Origin: the human T2T-CHM13v2.0 reference genome, Homo sapiens | DNA: 64,000 nt | Reading direction: 5' to 3' (one strand) | NCBI RefSeq assembly: GCF_009914755.1 | Contig: NC_060942.1 | In this document: positions 14,886 through 25,960 of the stretch, one piece after another | Layout of the letters: each line of letters begins with the position of its first letter | Position numbering within the stretch: position 1 is the stretch's first letter | Translations under genes and position numbers: made by a program | The notes under the pieces: model-generated | What the model saw: only the letters and a program-made list of their open reading frames with translations | Told to the model about the DNA's origin: nothing | The model's database searches: none

Positions 14886-15069
14886 TATAGGGAGTTTAAG
14901 CTCTAGCTGCAGCCTGATGTTTTTAACCAAGCAGGCCCACCAACCCACAAGCGGATAGAAAATAAGCTAATCCTACAGGACAGGAAAAGGAAAAGGGGAG
15001 GAGTCATAAGGGGACATAAGCCTAAGACACCCAAGCCAGAAACGGCAGCCATTCCGGATCCCCATGGAA

Positions 15070-15149
15070 GCTTTACTTTCTCTTTTGCTTTACTTTCGCT
15101 TTTGCTTTACTTCCGCTTTTGCTTTACTTCCGCTTTTGCTTTACTTTCA
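15070..15149 (+). repeat. 17-bp tandem repeat (cttttgctttacttYcg) x ~4.7 inside the LTR
   Basis: Read directly; two units contain ACTTCCG (ETS-type core). Confidence 0.85.
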
Positions 15150-15817
15150 CTTTCGCTTTAATAAATCTTGCCGCAGCACACTCTTTGGGTCTGCGCGTTT
15201 CTCTAATCGAGCTATAACATTAGCCGCTGTGGTCCAGGGCTTCATTCCTTGAAGCCCGTGAGACCATGAATCCTTCAATTGAGAAAAACCTTCAATAGGA
15301 AGACTTCTCATCTCAGAATCTTCTAGGGAGATTGTTAAAGCTCAAGCTGTTGGGCCCAACCCTAGAGATTCTGATTCAGTAGTTTGGGGTTAGGGTCTGA
15401 GAATTTCAGGTGATGTATTCAGGTGATGCAACTGACACTGATGCTGCCTGTCCTGGGACTGTGCGCTGAAAGCCACTGCTCTACAGTGCAATTAGCTGCA
15501 GTTTAGAGTTAGAGAAGGACATTCGAACTGTGCTTCATTTCTAGGCAGAGGCTGGAGATTTTCCTTCACAGCTCACGCTTTGGCTTGGCAATAATCTCAA
15601 TCGTTGTGTCATTTTGCTAGGACTCAGCAGGGGTGAGGGAGGCAAACTGCTAATATAGTGGAAAAGGGTCTGCATTTTGTTAACCTTGTGTAAGTGAAGT
15701 TCACAAAAGATTTGTCTTCTTAGGCATTCTTTTCTTGGACTTCTTCAATCAACCCCAATGCACGTGATTATAACAGAAAGGCTCCTAGTGGATCCTTTTG
15801 TAACATGTAACATCATT

Positions 15818-16530
15818 CTTTTAAAGCAAATAAGGGGCCATTAGACAGAGATAGTTTGTACCAGAAGCTCTTAGTTAAGCAAACTGAAACTTAACTTGGA
15901 GTCATTTCCTGTAATTGACTTACAGAAATAAAACAAAAGAACTTCAAAACAAAACAAAAGAGCTTCCACCAATAACAAACATTCAAACAGCCAATTGGTT
16001 ATAAAATTAGGAGCTTTTGATCAGACCAGACCAGACCCAAATAAGACAAATGCCTAGCTACAGCCAGCCAGGAATTACTTTACTTCTGCGTTCAGCCTGT
16101 GAAAACTTGCTGGAACAAAGCTCTCTGAACCTTTTGCAATTTTGAGTGTTGCCTGATTCATGAATTGTTTGTTTCTTTGTTTTGAGACAGAGTTTCGCTC
16201 TTGTTGCCCTGACTGGAGCGCAATGGCGTGCTCTCAGCTCACTGCAACTTATGCCTCCCAGGTTCAAGCGATTCTCCTGCCTCAGCCTCATGAGTAGCTG
16301 GGATTACAGGCATGCACCACCACGCTTGGCTAATATTGTATTTTTAGTAGAGATAGGGTTTCTCCATGTTGGTGAGACTGGTTTCAAACTCCTGACCTCA
16401 GGTGATCCACCCGCTTTGGCCTCCCAAAGTGCTGGAATTACAGGTGTAAACCACCACACCTGGCGAATTGTTCTTTTTTAACATAAACTCTGCTACATTT
16501 ATTTTATCTAAAGTTTTTTCTTTTTCCATA
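15818..16530 (+). mobile_element. ERV1 solo LTR, MER57/MER93 group, interrupted by an Alu
   Basis: ggccattagac...aagcaaactgaaacttaact...ctctctgaacc...gcctgattcatgaattgtt|Alu|...taaactctgctacatttattttatctaaagtttttct matches the recalled MER57-group 3' end. Confidence 0.7.
16170..16464 (-). mobile_element. AluSp/Sq-like
   Basis: gagtttcgctcttgttgccc, gcgcaatggcg and tttctccatgttggt diagnostics; TSD gaattgtt on both sides. Confidence 0.95.
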
Positions 16531-17184
16531 GATGTGTATGATTGGTCTAGGAATAAACACCTGACAAAAGCTCTACTAAGTGTTCCCTTCTGATGATTTT
16601 CATGAATTTTCTTTACAATTCTGTAGGCCCTTTCCATAATCTTATTAGAATTGTTACTACATAACAATATATTATGTAGCTTATGTCCAACTAAACAAAT
16701 AATGTCTTATTTCTTGTGCTTCACTCTAAGAAAAGTATTTTTATATAAAGTCTGAATTTAACTACAGGAACAAAAAAACATGAAACAATCAGAAACAATG
16801 TCATTCATTTATACTAAGAAAAGGAGACAGGAGGTAAAAGATTTAAGGGATTGAAGAAATTGTCAAATGGCATTCGAAGACAGTGGAAGCAGAAGTTTAC
16901 TGGAGAATTGTATGGGCACCAACCTGAGTCAGCATCCCACTCATGGGTGTGTGACACGGTCTGTCTCTCAAAATTGCACCAGAGTGGTTTCAATAACTTA
17001 GAGACAGTACAGTCACGTTTTCTGCCCTGACCCATTCCATCTGATCTTTAAGGGCTAGCTCCCTTCTCACTGCCTTTATGCAGTCTTCTCTGATTTCCCA
17101 CATACACTCTGATCGCTATTCCAAGTAGCTGACTAGTTATTACACAACTTTGCTAATAGGCTGGAAATTGCAGCCACATCATAG

Positions 17185-18645
17185 TGTGTCCGGAATTGGT
17201 GGGTTCTTGGTCTCACTGACTTCAAGAATGAAGCCGCAGACCCTCGCAATGAATGTTACAGTTCTCAAAGAAAGTGTGTCCGGAGTTTGTTCCTTCTGAT
17301 GTTTGGATGTGATCGCAGTTTCTTCCTTCTGGTGGGTTCAAGGTCTCGCTGGCTTCAGGAGTGAAGCTGCAGACCTTCGTGATGAGTGTTACAGCTCTTA
17401 AGGTGGCACATCTGGAGTTGTTCATTCCTCCTATCTGGAGTTGCTCGTTTCTCCCGGTGGGTTCGTGGTCTTGCTGGCCTCAGGAGTGAACCTGCAGACC
17501 TTCGCAGTGAGTGTTACAGCTCCATAAAGGCAGTGTGGACACAAACAGTGAGCAGCAGGAAGATTTATTGGAAACAGTGAAAGAACAAAGCTTCCACACT
17601 GTGGAAGGAGACCAGGGTGGGTTGCCACAGTTGGCTCAGGCAGCCATTTTACAGAAAGCTGATTGGTCTGTTTTACAGAGAGCTGATTGGTCCATTTTGA
17701 CAGGGTGCTGATTGGTGCATTTACAATCCCTGAGCTAGACACAGAGTGCTGATTGGTGTATTTACAATCCTCTAGCTAGACGTAAAAGTTCTACAAGTCC
17801 CCGCTAAATTAGCTAGACACAGAGCACTGATTGGTGCATTTACAAACCTTGAGCTAGACACAAGTGTTGCTGATTGGTGTGTTTATAAACCTTGAGCTAG
17901 ACAGAGTGCTGATTGGTGCATTTACAAACCTTGAGCTAGACACAGAGTGCTGCTTGGTGCATTTACAATCCTTTAGCTAGACATAAAAGTTCTCCAAGTC
18001 CCCACTAGACTCAGGAGTCCAGCTGGCTTCACCTAGTGGGTCCCGTGCCAGGTCTGCAGGCAGAGCTGCCCATCAGTCCCATGCCATGCGCCTGCACTCC
18101 TCAGCCCTTGGGTGGTTGATGGGACTGGGCGCCATGGAGCAGGGGGCGGTGCCTGTCGGGGAGGCTCAGGCTGCACAGGAGCCTACCGTGGGGGGGCTTG
18201 GGCATGGCGGGCTGCAGGTCCCGAGCCCTGCCCTGCAGGGAGGCAGCTGAGGCCTGGCGAGAATTTGAGTGCAGTTCAGGCAGGCCGGCAGTGCTGGGGG
18301 ACCCAGTGCCCCCTCCACAGCTGCTGGCTGGGGTGCTAAGCCCCTCACTGCCCAGTGCCGGCGACACAGGCCTGCTGCTCCGAGTGCGGGGCCCGCCGAG
18401 CCCACACGCACCCGGAACTCGTCCTGGGCCATGAGCGCCACGCACAGCCCTGGTTCCAGCCCGCACCTCTCCCTCCACACCTCCACGCAAGCAGAAGGAG
18501 CCAGCTCCAGCCTTGGCCAGCCCAGAGAGGGGCTCCCGCAGTGCAGCAGTGGGCTGAAGGGCTCTTCAAGTGTAGCCAGAGCAGACGCCAAGGCCAAGGA
18601 GGCACTGAGAGCAAGCGAGGGCCACCAGCACGTTGTCACCTCTCA
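17185..18645 (-). mobile_element. LTR12-family (HERV9) solo LTR with GC-rich 5' part
   Basis: Minus strand begins TGAGAGGTGACAACGTGCTGG and ends CCAATTCCGGACACA; TSD atag/ataa; tandem gctgattggt (CCAAT) repeats at 17658-17958. Confidence 0.95.
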
Positions 18646-19059
18646 ATAACATTTTCATAATTGTTTTCTGCTAGCATTTCATGTTTTGTTTTACATTCAC
18701 TTTTATTGTCTGCCCAATGAGTCAGCAAACTTTTAAGTCAGTCTCAGTATTTCACTACTTTTATCCTTACAAACTTCATAGATATGCCTGACACAAAAGT
18801 ACAAATATTTGAATTATAAGAGAATTAAAATTATGGAATCTGAAAATTTAACGTCAAAAGTTACAGTTGATATTTCACCTCTAAGTTCTTTATTCAATAT
18901 TTATGTGCTCTTTGTGACTTGTTTGGCTGAATTGATTAAGAGAAATAGTTCCAAAATGGGTCAGGGTAATTTTACTGTTGGCTAGTTATTTGGAAAATTT
19001 GTGAATATTTTCAAAACCATCAGTTCTCTTGGGTGTTCTAAATTTCACTCAGTGTGACT

Positions 19060-19310
19060 GTTTATATATACATATATGTTTATTTATATGCACATACATA
19101 TGAATATACATACATACTAAAAATGAGTATATAGGCAGGATGCAAATAGATAGTATGGCAAATTCAGAGCATCATTTCATATTGAATGGATGTAGGGGTA
19201 TGTGAGTGTGCATATACACAACTGATTATATATATATATACACGCAAACACATATGTATGTATAATATATATAATTACATATAAGTGTATACATATAATG
19301 AATAATACCT
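19060..19310. repeat. TA/CA-rich low-complexity region
   Basis: Degenerate (TA)n/(TG)n runs flanking Tigger1. Confidence 0.7.
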
Positions 19311-19318
19311 AACGTGTA

Positions 19319-21126
19319 CAAGAATACCTTGTTTTACGGCACTCATTTTATTGTACTTGGCAGAGAGATTGAGTTTTTTATAAATTGAATGTTGTGGCAA
19401 CCGTGGCTTGAGCAAGGCTATTGATGCTACTTTTCCGACAACATGTGATCATTTTATGTCTCTGTGTCACATGTTCAATTCTTATAACATTTCAAGCTTT
19501 TTCATTATTATCATATCTGTTATGATGATCTGTGATGAGTGACCTTGGATGATACTGTTATAATTATTTTGGGATGTCACAAACCACACACACATAAGAT
19601 AGCAAACTTAATCAATAAATATTGTGTGTGTTCTGACTGCTCCACCAAATGGCCATTTTGTATTTCACTCCCTCTCCTAGGGCCACCCTATTGTCTGACA
19701 CACAACAGTATTGAAATTAGACATAATTAGACCCTAACAATGGGCCTAATTTTAATATTGTTATGTGTCAGGCAATCGGGTGGCCCCAGGCATCTGCAAT
19801 GACCTCTAAATGTTCAACTGAAAGAAACTGTGACATGTCTCTAACTTTCAGTCAAAAGCTAGAAATGATGAAGCTTAGCAAGGAAGGCTCATTGAAAGCC
19901 AAGATAGGAGAAAAGCTAGGACAAACAGGCAGGTCGTACCTGCAAAGAAGAAGTTCTTGAAAAAAATTAAAAATGTTACTCCAGCAAACATATGAATGGT
20001 AAGAAAACAACCAAATCTTATTGCTGATATGGAGAAAGTTTCTCTAGTCTGGATAGAAGATCAAACCAGCCACAATCTTTCTTTAAACCAAAGCCCAAAT
20101 CAGAACAAACCCCTAACTCTCTTCAATTCTATGAAGGCTAAGAGAGGTGAGGAAGCTGCAGAAGAAAAGTTAGAAGCTAGTAGAGATTGGTTCATGAGAT
20201 TTAAGGAAAGATGCCATCATCATAAAAAGTACACGGTGAAGCAGCAAGTACAGAAAGTTATTCAGAAGATCTCGCCAATATCATTGATTAAGGTGGTTAC
20301 ATTAAACAACAGATTTTCCATATATATGAAACTTCCTTCTATTGGAAAAAGATGCTATTTAATACTTTCATAGCTACAGAGGAAACATCAATGCCTAGCG
20401 TCAAAACTTTAAAGGGCAGGTTAACTCTCTTATTAGGGGGTCAATGCAGCTTATAATAAAGTTAATATTTATTTACTGTATGAAAATATAATGCTAAATC
20501 TCTTCTTCCTGTGCTCTATAAATGGAGCAACAAAGCCTGGATGACAACATGTCTTTTTGCAGTATGGTTTACTAAATATTTTAAGCCCACTGTTGAGATC
20601 TACTGCTTAGAAAAAAATAAGAGCCAGGGATTTGTAATATTACATAAACTGAGTTGATAAAACAGTGGCAAGTTTTGAGAGGATTGACTTCAATTTTGAA
20701 AGAAGTTCTACTGTGGGTAAAATGCTGTCAAACTGCACGACATGCTACAGATAAATTTTTCCTGAAAGAGTCTATCAATGTGGCAAACTTCATTGTGTCT
20801 CATTTTATGAAATTGTCACAGCCACCCTAACCTTGGGCAACCACTATCCTGATCAGTCAGCAGCCCTCAACATCAAGATAAAACCTTTCACTAGCAAAAA
20901 TATTACAGCTAACTGAAGGTTGAGATGTTCATTAGCACTTTTAGCTACAAAATATTTTTAAATTAAGGTATGGACTTCTTTTTAGAAATCATGCTATTGC
21001 ACACTGAGTAAACTCTAATATGGAAAAACCATACATTTTCTATGCATTGGGAAACCATAAAATTTGTTTGATTCATTTTATTGTGGTGGTCTGGAACAGA
21101 ACCTTGAATATCTGAAGGTATGCCTG
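19319..21126 (+). mobile_element. Tigger1 DNA transposon, internally deleted
   Basis: Both termini present (ta|caagaataccttgtttt ... gaaggtatgcctg); about 1.8 kb versus about 2.4 kb full length, with the deletion near 20620. Confidence 0.92.
19800..20620 (+). pseudogene. Degenerate Tigger1 transposase (CENP-B-type HTH and start of the DDE region)
   Basis: ORF fragments LTFSQKLEMMKLSKEG and [20 protein letters not shown]...[22 protein letters not shown] match Tigger1/TIGD1 transposase; frameshifted. Confidence 0.9.
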
Positions 21127-22806
21127 TGTAAATAAGTGTGTGTTTATATATAATGAGTGTATGTGTATATATATTTATATAATATCTATTGTATTATGTA
21201 TATTGAACATGAAAAGAATGCTCTAAATTTGCCATACTATTTGCCCCCCCTTATTATATGCGTGTGTGCATGAATGTGCATATATTCTTCAGAGCAGAAA
21301 GTGTGTGTCAGTTTATTTAATACATATAGAGAGCCAGAAAGAGAGAGAGAATTACATTATTATTTGGGGGCATTTAAGTTAAATTTGCTCACAATATCAT
21401 ACACACACATAAACACACAAAACATATTCTGTCAGATATTATTTTCAAGATTTGGGATTGTTTAATCTCACATGTCTCCCATATGTAGTTGATGTAGCAT
21501 GAAAAATATAATTACCTGCAATCGATACAACCAATTCCAAATGGTGAATAGGAGCTATGAAAAACAGTGATTTAAGATACTCCTGCAAACCACAATTACA
21601 GAGACATAAAACCCTCCAGGAAAGAAACATTTATTCCAAAAACCTGTTTATTGCCACAGAAGAAACTTGAAATGAGTTTTATAAACTTTGCATCAAAGTT
21701 GACTTTTTCAACAAAAGTGGATGGAAAAAAGTAGTTAATTTTTACCTAGCGTCAGCTTATGGGGAGTCAGAAATGACAATATTCATTTTCAGTTGGGCAA
21801 ATTCAGCCCCAAAGAGTACACCTATCAAGCCATGTTGAGCCAAGAATTGACTTCTTTCTTGACCTAGGTCCTTGAATGTTCCTTCACGGCAAAAGGAAAA
21901 CCTGCCAGACATCATTAAGCATGATTTCTTCCTCCAACAGGCTTTCAATCTAAGTTGTATTTTATTTAGAATCCACACACAGGGGAAAGCAGCAGCGCAG
22001 TGCCCTGCTAGAAATGAGCAATAACATTCAAAGGAAGATTGGAAGCTGAAGATCTAATCATTAACAACAGATGGTTCAACTTGAATCCGATAAACAAGTT
22101 TTGTTGTTTGCTTTCCTTCCCCCTCTTATCCACTTGAATGGCCTATGTGAGTGTGTTTGCATGTAAAAGTGCTGGGCCCTGCTTCACCAGCATAGATGGC
22201 TCACCTGATTGAAGGAACACTTTTATGATCAGGCTGGAATCTTTATAACTTGAAAGACACTTAACAGTCTGATGCTGAAGTCTATAGCATGCCTGCCCTA
22301 TTTGTTTTCTTTGTGAGAGTTTAGCAACTGCAGTGTTCCTTAATGTGCTCTGACAAAGCCTCTTAATCCGGTCATAGTCCCTTTCTTTGGCTGGTGATTG
22401 CTTTCCTAAAATCACAAACCCAAAGAGTGTTTGTTGTGCCTGCCTTGAATCTGCCCTCCTCTTTTTTGTGTTCTATTTTAGAGAAGAAAAAGAGGAGGGC
22501 ATATTGAAAACATCGTATTAGACACCGTGATGCGCATTGGAACTCTGTATCAGAAAATATCATAGGCATGATAGACATGCACATATGGTCACAAAATTGC
22601 AGCTCCTGGGAAGGAAATAATCACGTTTTAATGTTTTCGCCACATTACATAGTGGGCATGTCCTTAATACTCTCCAGAATGAAATATCTTTTTAAACATA
22701 TAAGTAAGTAGTTCAGATGTTATTTCATATGTAGCGCATTACTATTTCCTTAATCTCCTAAAGTATTGGAGAAGTAGGTGGCAGAAAAATATACAACTTA
22801 TTTAAT

Positions 22807-22900
22807 GAAAGGAAAGAAGGGAAGGAAGGAAGGGAGGGAGGGAGGAAGGAAGGAAGGAGGGAAGGAAGGAAGGGAGGGAGGGAGGGAGGGAGGGAGGAAG
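22807..22900. repeat. (GGAA/GGGA)n polypurine tract
   Basis: About 90 nt of pure purine, including six GGG runs with 1-nt A loops at 22872-22894. Confidence 0.9.
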
Positions 22901-23366
22901 CCACCAGCAAGAAAAATTCTGTATCTTACTCTAGTTAATATGACTATATGACTCTCCACAACTCCTTTAGATGAGAAATCAGCAGAGACATCTCTTGCTT
23001 TGTTTAAATGAGCCCACCTCTTTCTCTATTTAACTTAACAGTGACCTTAGTCTCCTTCCAAACCTTCCAAAGGCCCACTGATCATGCACCTAGAGTCCCT
23101 GAGGGTATTTCTCCTCACTGTGGAGTTCTTCCAAATTTAATACTTGCTCAAGGGAACCAGGGTTTATTGAATCCCTGTGCTGGCCTTTCTGTTTTCTTTC
23201 ATGAACTTCAACTCTGATTGTCAGGGATTTATTTACTGAAGAATTCCTCCCTGTAAAGCATGAAGGTGAATGAGGCAGGGGAATGATAAGAATTAAAACT
23301 TTCCCCATTTAGCCTCATAATCATAACAAATATAACATAAAATGTTTTCATTTGCCAAAATTAACT

Positions 23367-23863
23367 TGTATTGGTGAGGGTTCTCCAGAGAACCAGAACC
23401 AATAAAATATATAGGAAAATTAATAAGAAGAAATTAAGTATAGGAATAGGCTTACATAGTCATAGAGGTTGAGAAGTTCCATGATCTGTCTTCCACAAAC
23501 TGGGGAATCAGGAAATCCAGTGGTGTAATTCAGCCCAAATCCGAGGACCTGAGAATCTAGGGACCAATGATTTAAGTTCTGAAAGCCCAAGAACTGGGAA
23601 TGCTGTTGTCTGAGGGCAGAAGATGAATGCGCCAGCTCAAGCAGACAGAGAAAAATTACCCTTCCTCTACCTTTTTGTTCTATTCAGGCCCTCAATGGAT
23701 TAGGTAAGGCCCACCAGCATTGATGAGGTTGTTCTTTATTCAGTCACCTGATCCAAATGTGAATCTCTTCCAGAGACGCCCTCAGAGACACCCAGAAATA
23801 ATATTTTAACAACTACCTGAAATCTCAGCCCAATTAAGTTGACACATAAAATGAAACATCACA
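23367..23863 (-). mobile_element. MLT2 (HERV-L) LTR
   Basis: tgtattggtgagggttctccagagaaccagaaccaata...cccagaaataatattttaac...aagttgacacataaaatgaaacatcaca. Confidence 0.88.
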
Positions 23864-23990
23864 AGTCCACCCCTTGTCAACCTGGCATTAATACCCTCCT
23901 CTTTATACCATATTTAATCTCCAAACAAAGACACTAACAAGGTCATAATTCAACCTAACATGATACAATTATTGTTTTACCTGGGTAATA
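23864..23990 (-). mobile_element. HERV-L internal 3' fragment (polypurine tract side)
   Basis: agtccaccccttgtcaa is the reverse complement of the ERVL PPT (ttgacaaggggtggact) abutting the LTR. Confidence 0.7.
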
Positions 23991-24149
23991 TTCTGATTTA
24001 GAGGCAATCAGTCATAATCTCACAGAGGATAGCTTTTAACCATTGGCTCCTTAGCCAAATACATATAACAAATATCTCATGTTGACACATAAAATTAAGC
24101 ATGACATAGTTAACATTAGTATAATGCTTGTGCTATATTATTCAAAAAG

Positions 24150-24660
24150 ATGTGTTTTCTCTTTTTTAAAAAAAAAAATATGTAGCTTTAGTCATATTGC
24201 AAAAGGCTAACTTCTGCAAGTCACAGACTAGGAGGAGATCATCATAATATATACATCCAATACATCCAATAAAAAACAAATATTCAGAATTTATATGGAA
24301 ATCTTCAAATCCATTTTAATAAAGACTAATAACTCAAAAATTGACAAAATATATTAACAGGCATTTCACAATGAAAATATTCAAAAGTCTAATAACTATC
24401 CAAAATAAGATACCAGGTGACTCTAACTGAAGAATACACTGATCAAAGGGCTAAAATTAAAAAGACAGACAACATCAAGGGTTGCCAAGAATGTCAATCA
24501 AGTGGAAATGTTTATAACACTAATGACACACTGTTGTGTGTGTCAAGTGATCAAATATTTTAGAAGAGTGTTTGGTAATATCTATAAAACTAAATTTGTG
24601 ACTCCTCTATACCTGAGAAATCTCATTTCTCAGTATATTTCAAAAAGAAATTAGTATTCC
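24150..24660 (+). mobile_element. Old L1 (L1ME-type) ORF2 3' fragment
   Basis: aacaggcatttcaca, ctaaaattaaaaagacagacaacatcaagggttgccaagaatg, agtgtttggtaatatct. Confidence 0.7.
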
Positions 24661-25699
24661 TGATTTCTTTCTTCTCTAACATTTAACATATTAAATTGTT
24701 GGCATAAAAGTAGAATGTTAGTGTCCGTACAGTCCTGGACCGAGGCATTCTTGGAAGTCTGGTTTTAAAGAAGGAGTAATACATGGTCATTGGGATAAAA
24801 TAGAGAAGGAAGGAGGAGCACTACTATGAACAGAGGATTCATCCAACCTAAATAATAAAGTAGCATTCAAGTTTTGGTGGAAGAAGGAAGAAAATGGTAT
24901 CTTTCTTGTCTAGTATCGAAAGCCAAGGACAGCAGAATTTGACAATAGTTTAAAGCACAGGCCCAGAATTTCCACGCAGTTGTTAATATCAAAAAGACTT
25001 CTAATCCCTGTGTCAGAGAAGTATACCAAAGTCAAGTTAAGGTCAAGCCCCAAAGATGAGGAATGAAGATAAATAACACAGATTATTTCACGGTCCAGAA
25101 GATGCTGTCTTGGCTGCAGGGCCAGGCTCTGACAGCAGCAGATTACTAGCATGGAGATTAGAGTCAGGGGTAAAACCTCCTAAAAAGGCAGAATGTGCAG
25201 ACAAATGATCACCTGGGCATCCACGGGAGGGAGTTTACCCCACTATCTCCAGAACCCAGAAGTAGAAATAGCAGACTGCCTTCCAGCCCCCTCACTAACA
25301 GGGAAGAAAAGCTTAGAAAGTATAGTCAGGCTGAGTTCTAATTAGTTTGGGGATTGGGCTAAGCTGGAGATTCAGATGGTAAGTTTGCAGTAGGCAGGCT
25401 TGGCAGGAAGGGCAAGGACAGCCAAGCTGTCTGGGGACAAAGTCTTTTTCTATCTACATACCAAAAGTTAGCACAATGGATTAAGGAAACAGTCCAAGAG
25501 CTGATCTGTTTTTTAGTTTACTGGGTGACTAAGTCACAAACTTAGTGGGACTTAGTCACCCAGTAAACTGACCGGGTGACTAAGTAAATAATAAAGTGTG
25601 ACTTCAGTTCATTAATTCGAATACCCAAACCTTGTTAGGATGGATTAAGGCATCAACTAGTACTGTTGAAACATCTCATAGTCTCATATAGTGGCTATA

Positions 25700-25960
25700 C
25701 AGTCAACTCTCCATATCCACAGATTCCTCATCCTTGGATTCAATCAATAATGAATAAAAAATATTCAAAATAAACCAAAACAAAACAAGAAAAATAACAC
25801 AACATTAAAGAAACAATTTTTAAAATGTGGTAAAACAATTATTTACATAGCATTTGCATTATATTAGGTATTATAAGTCATCTAGAGATGATATAAAGAG
25901 CTATTATAAATAGTCCAGAGATGATATGGGAGAATGTGTGTAGGTTATATGGAAATTCTG
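25700..25960 (+). mobile_element. MER2 (Tigger-derived) fragment
   Basis: ta|cagtcaactctccatatccac...ggattcaatc...tatttacatagcattt...taggtattataagtcatctagagatgat...gtaggttatatg; contains a short internal duplication. Confidence 0.8.

Larger units (their letters stand above)
14555..15315 (+). mobile_element. ERV1 solo LTR, HERV9/W/30 group (best guess LTR30-like)
   Basis: TG...CA ends, perfect 4-bp TSD GAAT (14551-14554 and 15316-15319), AATAAA at 15160-15165, and a U5 (gcttcattccttgaagcccgtgagacc) homologous to LTR12/LTR17 3' ends. Subfamily name is from memory. Confidence 0.85.
14500..15483 (+). mobile_element. MER5A (hAT-Charlie) split by a solo LTR insertion
   Basis: tcaacctttgacatatatcagaat|LTR|gaatcttctagggagattgttaaag...ccctagagattctgattcagtag...gatgctgcc...ccactgctcta reconstitutes MER5A. 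Confidence 0.75.

Noticed and set aside
18101-18660. Cluster of long GC-rich ORFs (up to 157 aa) and CpG-island-like composition
   Set aside because: Lies within the GC-rich part of LTR12; ORFs on both strands reflect stop-codon scarcity.
19763-20373. Transposase ORFs as a functional TIGD-like gene
   Set aside because: Frameshifted, and the catalytic region is largely deleted.
22807-22900. EWS-FLI1-type GGAA microsatellite enhancer
   Set aside because: At most three consecutive GGAA units.
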